Assembly: GCA_004297725.1 (NCBI GenBank)
Contig: SCUS01000031.1
Location: forward strand, 9,550-73,549
Origin: Myxococcaceae bacterium
GTDB lineage: Bacteria; Myxococcota_A; Polyangia; Polyangiales; Ga0077539
Direction of reading: 5' to 3'
DNA: 64,000 nt
Positions 1-9,145 of the stretch are shown piece after piece (within the stretch, counting starts at the first letter, position 1; every line of letters starts with the position of its first letter). A program made the position numbers and the translations under genes. The notes beneath the pieces are model-generated. The model saw only the letters and a program-made list of their open reading frames with translations. It was not told where the DNA came from and ran no database searches.

Positions 1-500
1 TCGTCGCGGCCCTGCCCTCGCCGACGCCTGGCGCTGCCGCTCCCGCCGCCGCTCCTGCCGCCGCCGCGCCCACGGCGGACGCCGGTGCGCCCCGCCCGGT
101 CACCCTCACCGACAGCGGCGCCGAGGCCATCGCCACCCGCCTCGGGAGCATCCCCCGGGGATCACCCGTGTGGATCACCGTGGCCGCCGCCGATCCCGCG
201 GCCGAGGCCATGGGACAGCGGCTGCTCGGGATCTTCGAGCGCGCCGGCTGGCGCACCCACCCCCTCGGTCACTCGGAGGTGCGGGCGCGGCCGGGCATCT
301 TCCTCTTCGCCGCGGAGGAGCAGTCGCCGGCCTACGTGGAGACCGTCGAGCGGGCGCTCACCGACGCCCACCTCGCGCCCACCGTGGCGCGCGGCTACCG
401 CTCCTTCTACGCCGAGATGCGCCGGGACAACCCCAGCTACCGGGGCTTCCCCTTCGAGGCCGACCAGACCTTCCTCATCGTGCTCGGCCGCGGGCAGTAG
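1..500 (+). CDS. hypothetical protein, 5' end outside window
   Basis: Frame 3 is open from the window edge to the TAG at 498-500 (the track lists only 168..500). Third codon positions are GC-rich. An Ala/Pro-rich linker is followed by a globular C-terminal part. No motif recognised. Confidence 0.5.
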   Translation, partial: VAALPSPTPGAAAPAAAPAAAAPTADAGAPRPVTLTDSGAEAIATRLGSIPRGSPVWITVAAADPAAEAMGQRLLGIFERAGWRTHPLGHSEVRARPGIFLFAAEEQSPAYVETVERALTDAHLAPTVARGYRSFYAEMRRDNPSYRGFPFEADQTFLIVLGRGQ

Positions 501-517
501 AGCCCCCTCGGCCCGCG

Positions 518-1612
518 CTACAGCTGCTTGGGCCCCTTGGGCTCCTCGGGCTCCTCGGGCTCGTTGGCCTTCGCCGCCGCGATCTTCGCCGCCACCTTCG
601 CCTCGTGGTCTCGGATCTTCGCCTCGCGGATGGCGTCGACGTCGAGCGGGGGCGGGGTCTTCTCTTCCGTGAGCGCGTCGTCGCGCTTCTTCAGGGTGTC
701 GCTCACCGCGGTGCGCCAGGGCTTCGACTCCTTCGGGCCGAAGAGGTACGCGAGCCCCACGGCGACGAAGTAGAGCGCGATGAGCGGCAGGCCCAGCATC
801 ACCTGCGAGTACACGTCCGTGCTGGGCGTGAGCACCGCCGCCAGGATGAACGCGATCACGACGAAGTAGCGAGAGAACGAGAGGAGCTGACGCCAGGTCA
901 CGAGCCCGACCAGGGACAGGAAGAAGATGAAGAGCGGGAGCTCGAACACCACGCCGAAGGCCAGGAGCATCTGCGACGTGAAGCCGAGGTACTCGTCCAT
1001 CATCAGCGTCGGGATGACCGTGACCGCGGTGTTGCCCACCCGCCCGCTGAAGCCGAGGAACCACGCGTACCCGACCGGGAAGACGAAGTGGTAGCCGAAG
1101 AGCGAGCCGGCCAGGAAGAACACCGTGGAGAAGAACACCAGCGGCATCACCACGCGCTTCTCCTTGGCGTAGAGCCCCGGCGCGATGAACATCCAGAGCT
1201 GGTAGAACACCACCGGAAGCGCGAGCACGAAGCCGCCGATGGCCGCGATCTTCAGGTAGACCACGAAGGCCGACGTGGGGTCGGGGAAGTGCACCTGGGG
1301 GTTGAGCGGAAAGGCCACGTTGGCCGGCTGCGCCGCCTGCGCGCGCTGGGCGAGCTCGCGCATCTCCCGGAAGATCGGGTAGTGCAGCATCCAGTGGACG
1401 ATCTGCGGGATGGTGCACGCCTGCGGGGTGTTCTCCCGGGCGTTGCAGAACCACGCGACCTCCAGCGGGCGCAGCAGCCACGCGAAGAGCTGCTCACGGT
1501 AGGTCCACCCCACCACCATGCCACCCAGCACCGCGAGCACCGCGCGGATGATGCGGCCTCGCAGCTCTTCCAGGTGGTCGCGGAAGCTCATCGGGCCTTC
1601 GGTGCTGCTCAC
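518..1612 (-). CDS. tatC: twin-arginine translocase subunit TatC with a ~100-aa charged C-terminal tail
   Basis: 364-aa ORF. The N-terminus MSFRDHLEELRGRIIRAVLAVL and six hydrophobic segments are typical of TatC. There is a 4-nt start/stop overlap with the upstream Tat gene. Confidence 0.9.
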   Translation of the reverse strand: MSSTEGPMSFRDHLEELRGRIIRAVLAVLGGMVVGWTYREQLFAWLLRPLEVAWFCNARENTPQACTIPQIVHWMLHYPIFREMRELAQRAQAAQPANVAFPLNPQVHFPDPTSAFVVYLKIAAIGGFVLALPVVFYQLWMFIAPGLYAKEKRVVMPLVFFSTVFFLAGSLFGYHFVFPVGYAWFLGFSGRVGNTAVTVIPTLMMDEYLGFTSQMLLAFGVVFELPLFIFFLSLVGLVTWRQLLSFSRYFVVIAFILAAVLTPSTDVYSQVMLGLPLIALYFVAVGLAYLFGPKESKPWRTAVSDTLKKRDDALTEEKTPPPLDVDAIREAKIRDHEAKVAAKIAAAKANEPEEPEEPKGPKQL

Positions 1613-1992
1613 GGCGCTCCCTCCGTCTCGGGGTACACCGCCGCCCCTTCGGGCAGCGCGCCGAAGTCATCAGGTCCCCCTTCGGGGTACTCCATCGCGA
1701 GGTCGACGGCCTCGGACTCGGCCTCGGCCTCCAGGGACATGGAGCGCTTGGCGTCATCGACGGTGGAGCGCACGCCCTCCTCGATGCCCGACAGCCCCTC
1801 GCGCAGCGGGCGCGTGACCTCGTCGACCACCTCGTCGAAGCCGGCCTCCTGGCGCAGCTCGCGCGAGGCCCGCTGAAACTCCCGCACCGCGCGGCCAATG
1901 GCGCGCAGCGTCTGGGGGAGGTTCTTCGGACCCACCACCACCAGCGCCACGAGCCCGATCAGGAACAGCTCCGGAAGCCCGATACCGAACAT
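1609..1992 (-). CDS. tatB: Sec-independent translocase TatA/TatB family protein (TatB-like)
   Basis: MFGIGLPELFLIGLVALVVVGPKNLP gives an N-terminal TM segment followed by an amphipathic helix. At 127 aa it is more TatB-like than TatA-like. It overlaps the tatC start. Confidence 0.8.
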   Translation of the reverse strand: MFGIGLPELFLIGLVALVVVGPKNLPQTLRAIGRAVREFQRASRELRQEAGFDEVVDEVTRPLREGLSGIEEGVRSTVDDAKRSMSLEAEAESEAVDLAMEYPEGGPDDFGALPEGAAVYPETEGAP

Positions 1993-2005
1993 CGCCGTTC
2001 GCCCT

Positions 2006-2509
2006 TTACCCTACCGACCCCGAGAGCACCACCCGCCGCAGCCTCCATAACACCGCCGCGTAGGCCGCCACGGTCGCCCAGGCCCAGACCGTCAGCCACA
2101 GGTCGAAGCCCCGCAGCGGCGCCCACCGCGCCGTCGCCGCGAAGGTGAGCGCCATCACCACCACGCTGGCGTTCATCACCCAGCCCCACAGCACCAGCGC
2201 CAGCTCGCTGCGCCGGCCGAGCTGCCACGCCACCAGCAGCCCCAGCGCCAGCAGCCCCAGCGCCCGAGAGAGGCGCCACGCCGTGAGCCCGTCGTGCGCG
2301 ATGGTGAGCCACTGGGTGAGCTGCCCCGCCGCCACGAAGGCCAGCGTCGCCCAGGTGGCCAGGCGCCAGGCCCGCGCCGCCCGCGCCGGGTCTTCGGTGC
2401 TCCGATGGGCTTTTACCGCGTCGGTAAAGGCCGCCCCGCAGCGGGCGCACCGAGGCCCCCCCGAGGCCCTCGGCGCGCCGCACTCGTCACACAGCGCCGG
2501 GGCGCTCAA
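2006..2509 (-). CDS. membrane protein with N-terminal zinc-ribbon
   Basis: CDECGAPR...CARCG (CxxC...CxxC) is followed by about four hydrophobic helices. The protein-like composition contrasts with the Arg-rich overlapping frames. Confidence 0.6.
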   Translation of the reverse strand: MSAPALCDECGAPRASGGPRCARCGAAFTDAVKAHRSTEDPARAARAWRLATWATLAFVAAGQLTQWLTIAHDGLTAWRLSRALGLLALGLLVAWQLGRRSELALVLWGWVMNASVVVMALTFAATARWAPLRGFDLWLTVWAWATVAAYAAVLWRLRRVVLSGSVG

Positions 2510-2516
2510 GGGATGC

Positions 2517-5500
2517 TCAGTCCTCGTCGTCCTCGTCGCCGTGCCGCGGGGTGACCAGCAGCTCGCCGTTGGGGCCGTCGCGGCGGATGATGAAGGTACG
2601 CCGCGCGGCCACGTCGTCGCCCTCGCGCGCCACCACCGAGACGATGTTGGCGCCCGGCCGCAGCGGGAGCGGCGCGTTGAAGGTCATCCGGTGGGGATCG
2701 GCCGCGTCGCGGTTGGACAGGTAGAAGACCTTGTGGGGCCCGACGAAGATGTAGAGGTCGAGGACGCGGTTCTCGTCCGTGGCCGTGCCCTGGAGGTTGA
2801 TGGACGCGCCGCGCGCCGAGAGCGCCACCGGACCGTCGGTCTCGATGAGCGGCGGCGAGTTGTGGAGCACGAAGGTGAGCGAGCGCGGGGCCGTCGAGCG
2901 GGCGCCGCCGCCCTGCGCCCGGAGCGCCCAGCCCGGCCGGCCGTCGAGCGCGTCGACCCGCACCCACTCGCCCGACTGCGCCGTGATCGGGAAGCCGGAG
3001 CCCGCCGGGGCGCGGAGGATCACCCTCGCGTCGCTGGCGGGTGACTCCCGCAGCTCGAGGGCGGCCGCGGCCACGAAGGTGCCGGTGGCGGCGGTGACGG
3101 GCGCGCCCGCCTGGGCGATGGGCACCCGGAGCTTCTGCGAGGTGACCTCGCGGAGGTCTTCGTCCTCGACGACGAGCTCGAGCTTGAGCTCGTCCTGGCG
3201 GAAGCTCTGGGCCACGTCGAAGGTGAACGCCACGCGGCGCTCCTCGCCGGGCATCATGTCGTTGATGTTGAAGCGCGCGTCGTGCAGCAGCACGCCGGTG
3301 CCCGACAGGTTCTTGAGGTTGGCGCGCGCCACGAAGGTGCGGCCGCGCCCGACGTTCTTCAGCGTCAGGAACATCGTCATCCGCTCGCCGCGCTGGATGC
3401 GCCCGTCGCCGTTGCCGCTGCCGCGCTGCTCGGCGAACTGCCAGCCGTAGGCGAAGACCGGGCGCTCGAGGCCACGGATGGAGGCCCGCAGCGGCGCGAC
3501 GGCCTCCGCGGGGGGGATGTGCCCGTGCGACTCCGACCACTCCAGCCGGATGCCGTCGGTGCGGGAGAGGGCCGCGCGCGGCACGAGGCACACCTTGCGG
3601 GTGCCGGGCGCCGGGAGCGAGCTGCTGCCCGGGCGGAAGCCCTCGAACTCGCAGAGCCCGAGCGGCGAGGTCCAGGTGCGGGTCTCGCCGGGGTTCACGC
3701 GGCCGAAGACGAACTCCCGGTTCTCGAACATCGGGTTGTCGCTCTTGGTGTTGGCGCGCAGCCGGAAGAGGGGCGCGGTGCCGCGGTTGGTGACCGTCAC
3801 CGTGAGGTCGAAGGCCTCCCCCGGCGCGGCGGTGTTCTCCGGCCGCGAGGTGCGCATGGTGACCTCGACGTTGGGCGTCCCGCCGGCGTCGGTGCCCTCC
3901 TCCCAGTCGACGTGCAGGGGCTGCAGCGCGCGGGCGACGCTGGCCACCTGCTCGGCGCGGGTGCGGTCGAGCAGCGGGCGCGCGTCGGCGATGAGCTCGC
4001 GGCGGCCGGAGCGCGGCGCGGCGGTGAGCAGGTCGCGCACGAAGCGGATGGAGAAGTCCTCGCGGAAGCCGTCGTCGGCGACGTCGTCGGCGCCGCGCAG
4101 CCGGAGCTGCTCGCGCTCCTCCGCGGGGAAGTAGTACCGGACGGTCTCCGCGGGGTGGTCGCCGTTGTGGGCGCGGTTGTTGGTGAGGTGCGCCGAGAGG
4201 TCGGACTCGCGCGGGAAGAGCTTGTCCGCGTCGAGGTCCATGTCGAGCGGGTCGACGGTCATCGGCATGAGCTCGATGTCCGGCGTGATGCCGACGCCCT
4301 GGATGGAGACGTCGCCCGGGGTGAGGTACTGCGCGATGGTGATCTTGAGCGCGCCGCCGTCGGGCAGGTTGCGGATCGTCTGCACGCTCCCCTTGCCGAA
4401 GGAGGTGCCGCCCACGATGACCGCGCGGTTGTGGTTCTTGAGGGCGCCGGCGACGATCTCGCTGGCGCTGGCCGAGCCGCCGTCGATGAGCACGGCGAGG
4501 GGGTAGTCGGGCTCCGTGCCGGGGCCCTCGGCGCCGCGCTCCTCGCGCTCCTCGCGCCGGTTGCCCGCGGTCACGACGATGGCGCCGTCCTGGAGGAAGA
4601 GGTCGGCCACGGCCACGGCCTGCTCCAGCAGGCCGCCGGGGTTGCCGCGCATGTCGAGGACGAGCGAGCGCATGCCCTGCTCGCGCATCTGCCGCAGGGC
4701 GCGGGTGAGCTCATCGCCGGTGGTCTCGCTGAAGCTCTTGATGCGAGCGTACCCGACGCCGTTGGCCATCAGCCGGTGGTCGACGGAGCGCACGGTGATC
4801 TGCGCGCGCACGAGGTCGAAGCGACGGGGCTGGGCCCAGCCGCCGGCGCCCGCGCGGGTGACCCAGATGGTGACCGGGGTGCGCTCCGGGCCGCGGAGGC
4901 GGTTGACCGCCTCGGAGAGCGACATGTTGGTGGTGCTCTCCTCGTTGATCTTCACGATGCGGTCGTAGCGGTGCAGGCCCGCGCGCGCCGCGGGGGTCTC
5001 GGGCATGGGGTTCATCACCGTGAGCAGCCCGTCGCGGATGGAGATCACGATGCCGAGCCCGCCGAAGTGGCCGCCGGTCTGGATCTGCATCTCGTGAAAC
5101 TGCTCGGGGGTGAGCACCACCGAGTGGGGATCGAGGGTGCGGAGCATCCCGTTGGCGGCGATGTACTCCACGTCCTGGAGGTTGACGTCGGTGCCGCGCA
5201 GGTGGGTCTGGAGGAAGGTGAAGATCTCGCGCCAGCGGGCCTCGAGGTCCCACGGCGCGTTGACGCCCGCGAGGTCGAAGGTCTGCTCGTGGGTGTCGAC
5301 CCGCACGGTGAGCGTGGGGGCGTTGTCCTCGTGGAGCACCAGCACCTGGGCGACGCTGCGCTGGATGGCGTCGAGGCCCTTCAGCAGCATCTCTCGCGGG
5401 TGCACGCGCCCCGGGTCGACGTAGTTGTTGTTGATCTCCAGCAGCACGTGCCGGAGCACGCTCATGCGCGCCAGGTCGAAGTTGGGGTCGCGGGCGCGCT

Positions 5501-5642
5501 CACGCCGGGGCTGGGCGAGCAGGGCGCGGGAGCCGCCGAGGCCCAGCAGGCCACCGTGGCGGGTGACCGTGATGACCGAGGCGAGGGCGCAGGCGACGAG
5601 CAGCAGGGCTGCCTTCCAGGGACGGTTCCAGCTAGGGCGCAT
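2517..5642 (-). CDS. S41 family C-terminal processing peptidase with PDZ domain and a long C-terminal extension
   Basis: PDZ-like segment GGLGIVISIRDG...YDRIVKINEEST. S41 motifs LVLDMRGNPGGLL and GGSASASEIVAGALKNHNRAVIVGGTSFGKGSVQ. The ATG at 5642 precedes a signal/TM segment (WKAALLLVACALA); the track ORF starts at a GTG at 5678. Confidence 0.9.
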   Translation of the reverse strand: MRPSWNRPWKAALLLVACALASVITVTRHGGLLGLGGSRALLAQPRRERARDPNFDLARMSVLRHVLLEINNNYVDPGRVHPREMLLKGLDAIQRSVAQVLVLHEDNAPTLTVRVDTHEQTFDLAGVNAPWDLEARWREIFTFLQTHLRGTDVNLQDVEYIAANGMLRTLDPHSVVLTPEQFHEMQIQTGGHFGGLGIVISIRDGLLTVMNPMPETPAARAGLHRYDRIVKINEESTTNMSLSEAVNRLRGPERTPVTIWVTRAGAGGWAQPRRFDLVRAQITVRSVDHRLMANGVGYARIKSFSETTGDELTRALRQMREQGMRSLVLDMRGNPGGLLEQAVAVADLFLQDGAIVVTAGNRREEREERGAEGPGTEPDYPLAVLIDGGSASASEIVAGALKNHNRAVIVGGTSFGKGSVQTIRNLPDGGALKITIAQYLTPGDVSIQGVGITPDIELMPMTVDPLDMDLDADKLFPRESDLSAHLTNNRAHNGDHPAETVRYYFPAEEREQLRLRGADDVADDGFREDFSIRFVRDLLTAAPRSGRRELIADARPLLDRTRAEQVASVARALQPLHVDWEEGTDAGGTPNVEVTMRTSRPENTAAPGEAFDLTVTVTNRGTAPLFRLRANTKSDNPMFENREFVFGRVNPGETRTWTSPLGLCEFEGFRPGSSSLPAPGTRKVCLVPRAALSRTDGIRLEWSESHGHIPPAEAVAPLRASIRGLERPVFAYGWQFAEQRGSGNGDGRIQRGERMTMFLTLKNVGRGRTFVARANLKNLSGTGVLLHDARFNINDMMPGEERRVAFTFDVAQSFRQDELKLELVVEDEDLREVTSQKLRVPIAQAGAPVTAATGTFVAAAALELRESPASDARVILRAPAGSGFPITAQSGEWVRVDALDGRPGWALRAQGGGARSTAPRSLTFVLHNSPPLIETDGPVALSARGASINLQGTATDENRVLDLYIFVGPHKVFYLSNRDAADPHRMTFNAPLPLRPGANIVSVVAREGDDVAARRTFIIRRDGPNGELLVTPRHGDEDDED

Positions 5643-5737
5643 CGCGGCGGAGTATAGGGTGAAGCGTCGGGGTTGCACCCGTAACCCGCCAGATTGCCGC
5701 GCGGCCTGGGCGGCGGAGGGGGAAGGGCGAAGTGGGC

Positions 5738-6430
5738 TCAGGGACCGTCGGGGTCGTCGAGCCGCAGGGAGGCGACGAACAACCGGAGGCTCGCGTTGCG
5801 TGCCGCATGGGCGTCGAGGGTCCTGCCCTTGCGAAACTCCCGGCTGCGCTCGTCGTACTGCGCGAAGGTGCTCAGTTGGAAGTGACGCGCCCGCTCCTTC
5901 GCGGAGAGGGACTTGTTGACTGCGTCGTGGAGGCGTCGCTTCGGGTTCGGGAGGATGCCGGTCTCGGCCGCATCGCTCGCGTAGACGGTAAGCACCCAGG
6001 CGTCGGTCTCATCGACCGCGACGGCGTGGCGGATGTGCTCGACGAACTCTCCCGCGAGCCAACCGTTCATGGTCGCGACGACGCGCTCGCGCAGCGTGGC
6101 GACGTAGTTCGCGTCGCTCCGCGGCAGGCGGGCGACGTCGTAGCCCGGCATCTCGGCCTCCGCGGTGTCGATCTGGATCACCAGGAAGCGGTGCTCGTCG
6201 ACGGGGCTGTCGAGGAAGTCGCGGATCTTCTCGCGTTCCAGGCACTCGCGGCGTACGAGCTCCCAGTTGCTGTGCTGGGCCTCGCGGTGCTCGTGGAGGT
6301 CGGTCTCGTCCTCGTAGTACTCGGGGCGCAGCGCCTGGACGTCGCTGCGGTCGACCCCGAGGCGGCCCTTGAGGATGTTGAGGAGCACCGCGAGGTCGGC
6401 GCGGCCCTCCGCGATGATGCCGACGCGCAT
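5738..6430 (-). CDS. DUF4276-like (TOPRIM-like) protein, partner of the upstream ATPase
   Basis: 230 aa. The N-terminal MRVGIIAEGRADLAVL, central FLVIQIDTAEAE and HAVAVDETDAWVL resemble the conserved Glu / acidic / (D/E)E.(D/E)AW.L pattern I recall for DUF4276. It starts 3 nt after the ATPase stop. Confidence 0.7.
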   Translation of the reverse strand: MRVGIIAEGRADLAVLLNILKGRLGVDRSDVQALRPEYYEDETDLHEHREAQHSNWELVRRECLEREKIRDFLDSPVDEHRFLVIQIDTAEAEMPGYDVARLPRSDANYVATLRERVVATMNGWLAGEFVEHIRHAVAVDETDAWVLTVYASDAAETGILPNPKRRLHDAVNKSLSAKERARHFQLSTFAQYDERSREFRKGRTLDAHAARNASLRLFVASLRLDDPDGP

Positions 6431-6433
6431 CGG

Positions 6434-7633
6434 TCAGAACGCGGTCGGCAGCCCGCCGAGGTGGCCGCGCATCCAGAGCTCGGAGAGCATGCGCTTCTCG
6501 CCGCCCGCGTCAGGCTTCTGGCGGATGCGCCTCGTGACGGTGTGGCCCTCGTCGTTGCGCGAGACCACGAAGAGCCGCTGGTCGTCGTCGTGGAGGTTGA
6601 GCCCGTCGAGGATCGCGGGGTTGTGCGTGGTCACGAGCGCCTGCTTGTCGTGCTCCTTCGCGAGGGCGGCGAGCTGCTTCGTGAGCTCGCGGCAGAGGCG
6701 CGGGTTGAGGGCGGTCTCGATGTTGTCGATGGCGAAGACGCGGGGCGTGCGGTGGCTGCTGAAGAGCGTGAGGTAGAAGAGGATGTGGAGGATGCCCTCG
6801 TTGGCGTTCTCGGCGGAGAAGACGTTGTTCGAGGCGTCCATGAAGCGGTCGTGGAAGTAGAGCGTGGAGGTGCTGCGGCCGAGCTTGTAGCCCGCGAACT
6901 TCAAGCGGTCCTCGGGGTCGAGCACGACGTCGCTGACCCAGGAGATGAGCGCGAGGCGCTCGATGAGGGCGGCGCGCTGGGCGGGGTCGAAGGTCGAGAA
7001 GAGGACGTCGAGGTTCTCTCCGTAGATGCCAACGGGCTCGCGGCGGCTCAGCGGCTGGAGCCCGCGGAGGGCAACCGTGCTGAGGTTGTAGATCGCGAAG
7101 TCGTTGAGGAGGGAAGGAAGACTGACGCTGTTTGCATAGTGATCAATCGCGAGCTCAAGCTCTTTGAGTTCAATTCCCTCATCGTTGTGAAGACTTCCCG
7201 CGACAACTCTGGCCTTTGCGGCAGCGAGTTGACGATTGATGTCGACCAGGCGCGTCGCTCCCGTATCGATCGTCCGTTCTACGATCCACGTCGGAATGAT
7301 GTCGTTCGGATCCTTCGCGGTGATGCTGAACGCCAGCTCAGCATCATGCTTCTCCGCACCTCCAACATAGGAACAACCCAGCTCGATGCGCGGCTGTGCT
7401 GCCACGCCCAGGAATGAGCTCACCGTGATCGACGGCTTCGCGACGCGAACCCCCATGCTCGCGAGGTCTTCGGTGCCGAGGCGGCCGTTTCGGGCGCCGC
7501 TGGCCATCGCGAGCGCTTCGAGGAGGTTGGTCTTCCCGCAGCCGTTCTCCCCGATGAAGACGTTGAGCCGTCCGAGCTCCAGCGTCGTGTCGAGGATCGA
7601 CTTGTAGTTCTTGATGCGGAACGTCTTGAGCAT
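6434..7633 (-). CDS. AAA_21/AAA_15-type ABC-like ATPase
   Basis: The start MLKTFRIKNYKSI (Met37 of the track ORF) is typical of this family. Walker A GENGCGKTN, signature-like SAENANEG, Walker B RVFAIDNIE, H-loop LVTTHNP. Confidence 0.85.
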   Translation of the reverse strand: MLKTFRIKNYKSILDTTLELGRLNVFIGENGCGKTNLLEALAMASGARNGRLGTEDLASMGVRVAKPSITVSSFLGVAAQPRIELGCSYVGGAEKHDAELAFSITAKDPNDIIPTWIVERTIDTGATRLVDINRQLAAAKARVVAGSLHNDEGIELKELELAIDHYANSVSLPSLLNDFAIYNLSTVALRGLQPLSRREPVGIYGENLDVLFSTFDPAQRAALIERLALISWVSDVVLDPEDRLKFAGYKLGRSTSTLYFHDRFMDASNNVFSAENANEGILHILFYLTLFSSHRTPRVFAIDNIETALNPRLCRELTKQLAALAKEHDKQALVTTHNPAILDGLNLHDDDQRLFVVSRNDEGHTVTRRIRQKPDAGGEKRMLSELWMRGHLGGLPTAF

Positions 7634-7816
7634 GCGCCCGGAGGATCTCCGTCGGAGGGGTGCGTTCATCATGACCCGCGAGCGGAGCCGAGGGAAGAAA
7701 CGCCCGGAGCGGCGTTCAGGAGCGCAATGGGAGCACCCCACCGCTACGCTCGGGCACAGGCGCGTTGGGTGGGCGCGGCAGGGACGCGCGCCGTTCCGTG
7801 ATAGTTGTCGGGACTG

Positions 7817-9139
7817 ATGCGAGACCTCTCCCTCACGCTCGCTCTCGGCGTCCTCGTCGGCTGTAGCGGCGGTGCAGCCACTCCACCCACCGCGCTCCCC
7901 GACGCGGGCTCGCTGCCCCCCATCACGGCGCCCGACGCGGCGGTCGACGACCCCGCCTGGCAGGTGACGCTCTCCCGCACCTGGGCCCTCAAGGCCGACG
8001 GGCTCACCGCCGGCGACCGCGAGGTCACCGTGCGCGTCGCTGCCCCCGCCGACGCCGCCGACGTCCGCGCCTCGGTCGACGACGGGCCCGCGCGCGCCGC
8101 CCTCCGCGCGCCCGACGGATCATGGAGCGCGACGCTCCCGGTGGCCGACCTCGCCCCGGGCGCCCACGCCGTGCGCGTCGCGGCGGGCGCCTCCCCCGCT
8201 GCGGTCGCCACGCGCCCGCTGCAGGTGAGCTTCGCGGCCTACGTGGTGGTGTCCACCGACTGGGACGACACGCGCTTCACCGACAGCTACCTGCGGCGCA
8301 TCGAGCAGCTGCGCGAGCACCACCCGGGGCTCGTGTACTCGCACTTCTTCGCGCCCTACCACTACACCGACCCGGAGGTGAACGACGCGCGCGAGACCCA
8401 GATCGAGGCATGGGTGAAGGCTCAGCGCGACCAGCACGGCGACGAGCTCGGAGTTCACATCCACGGCTGGTGTCACTTCGTGACCGCGGCGGGCGTGCCG
8501 TGCCGCGTCCAGCCGGCGTACGCGCCCAACGACACCAGCGGGTACGTCACCGTGCTGGCGGCGTACACGGTCGACGAGATGGCGGCGCAGCTCCGGTACG
8601 CGGTGCAGCTCTTCGCGCAGCACGGCCTCGGCCGGCCGACCTCGTTTCGCGCCGGGGGGTGGACCGCCGACCTGGGCACGCTGCGCGCGCTCGACGCCAC
8701 GGGCTTCACCGTCGACTCGAGCGCGATGCGCCCGGACCGCATCGCCTCGTGGCGCGGCTACCTGCTCTACGACTGGAACGAGGCCAACTGGACGGGCATC
8801 ACCGACACCTCGCAGCCCTACCACCCCTCGGACACGGACATCACCCGGGGCGCTCCGGCGCGGCCGATGCGGGTGCTCGAGGTGCCCGACAACGGCATCC
8901 TGGTGGACTACATCACCGGGCCGGCGATGGTCGCGGTGTACGAGGCCAACGCGCCGGAGGGGCGGCCGTTGTCGCGGCCGACGCTGTTCCAGGTGGGCTT
9001 CCACCCGCCGAACTTCAGCCCGACGTACCAGTTGCGCATGGAGACCGCGCTCTCGCACGTCGACGCGCACCTCGCTTCGGCCGACCGCGGCCCCGCCGTC
9101 TACGCCCGCATCTCCGACCTCACCCGCGTCTGGCGCTGA
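7817..9139 (+). CDS. lipoprotein, possible deacetylase/glycoside-hydrolase-fold enzyme
   Basis: Signal peptide with lipobox LGVLVGC|SGG after the ATG at 7817 (the track start 7805 is a TTG). The motifs GVHIHGW and FRAGGW resemble polysaccharide deacetylase-like barrels. The function call is weak. Confidence 0.7.
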   Translation: MRDLSLTLALGVLVGCSGGAATPPTALPDAGSLPPITAPDAAVDDPAWQVTLSRTWALKADGLTAGDREVTVRVAAPADAADVRASVDDGPARAALRAPDGSWSATLPVADLAPGAHAVRVAAGASPAAVATRPLQVSFAAYVVVSTDWDDTRFTDSYLRRIEQLREHHPGLVYSHFFAPYHYTDPEVNDARETQIEAWVKAQRDQHGDELGVHIHGWCHFVTAAGVPCRVQPAYAPNDTSGYVTVLAAYTVDEMAAQLRYAVQLFAQHGLGRPTSFRAGGWTADLGTLRALDATGFTVDSSAMRPDRIASWRGYLLYDWNEANWTGITDTSQPYHPSDTDITRGAPARPMRVLEVPDNGILVDYITGPAMVAVYEANAPEGRPLSRPTLFQVGFHPPNFSPTYQLRMETALSHVDAHLASADRGPAVYARISDLTRVWR

Positions 9140-9145
9140 CCGCCG

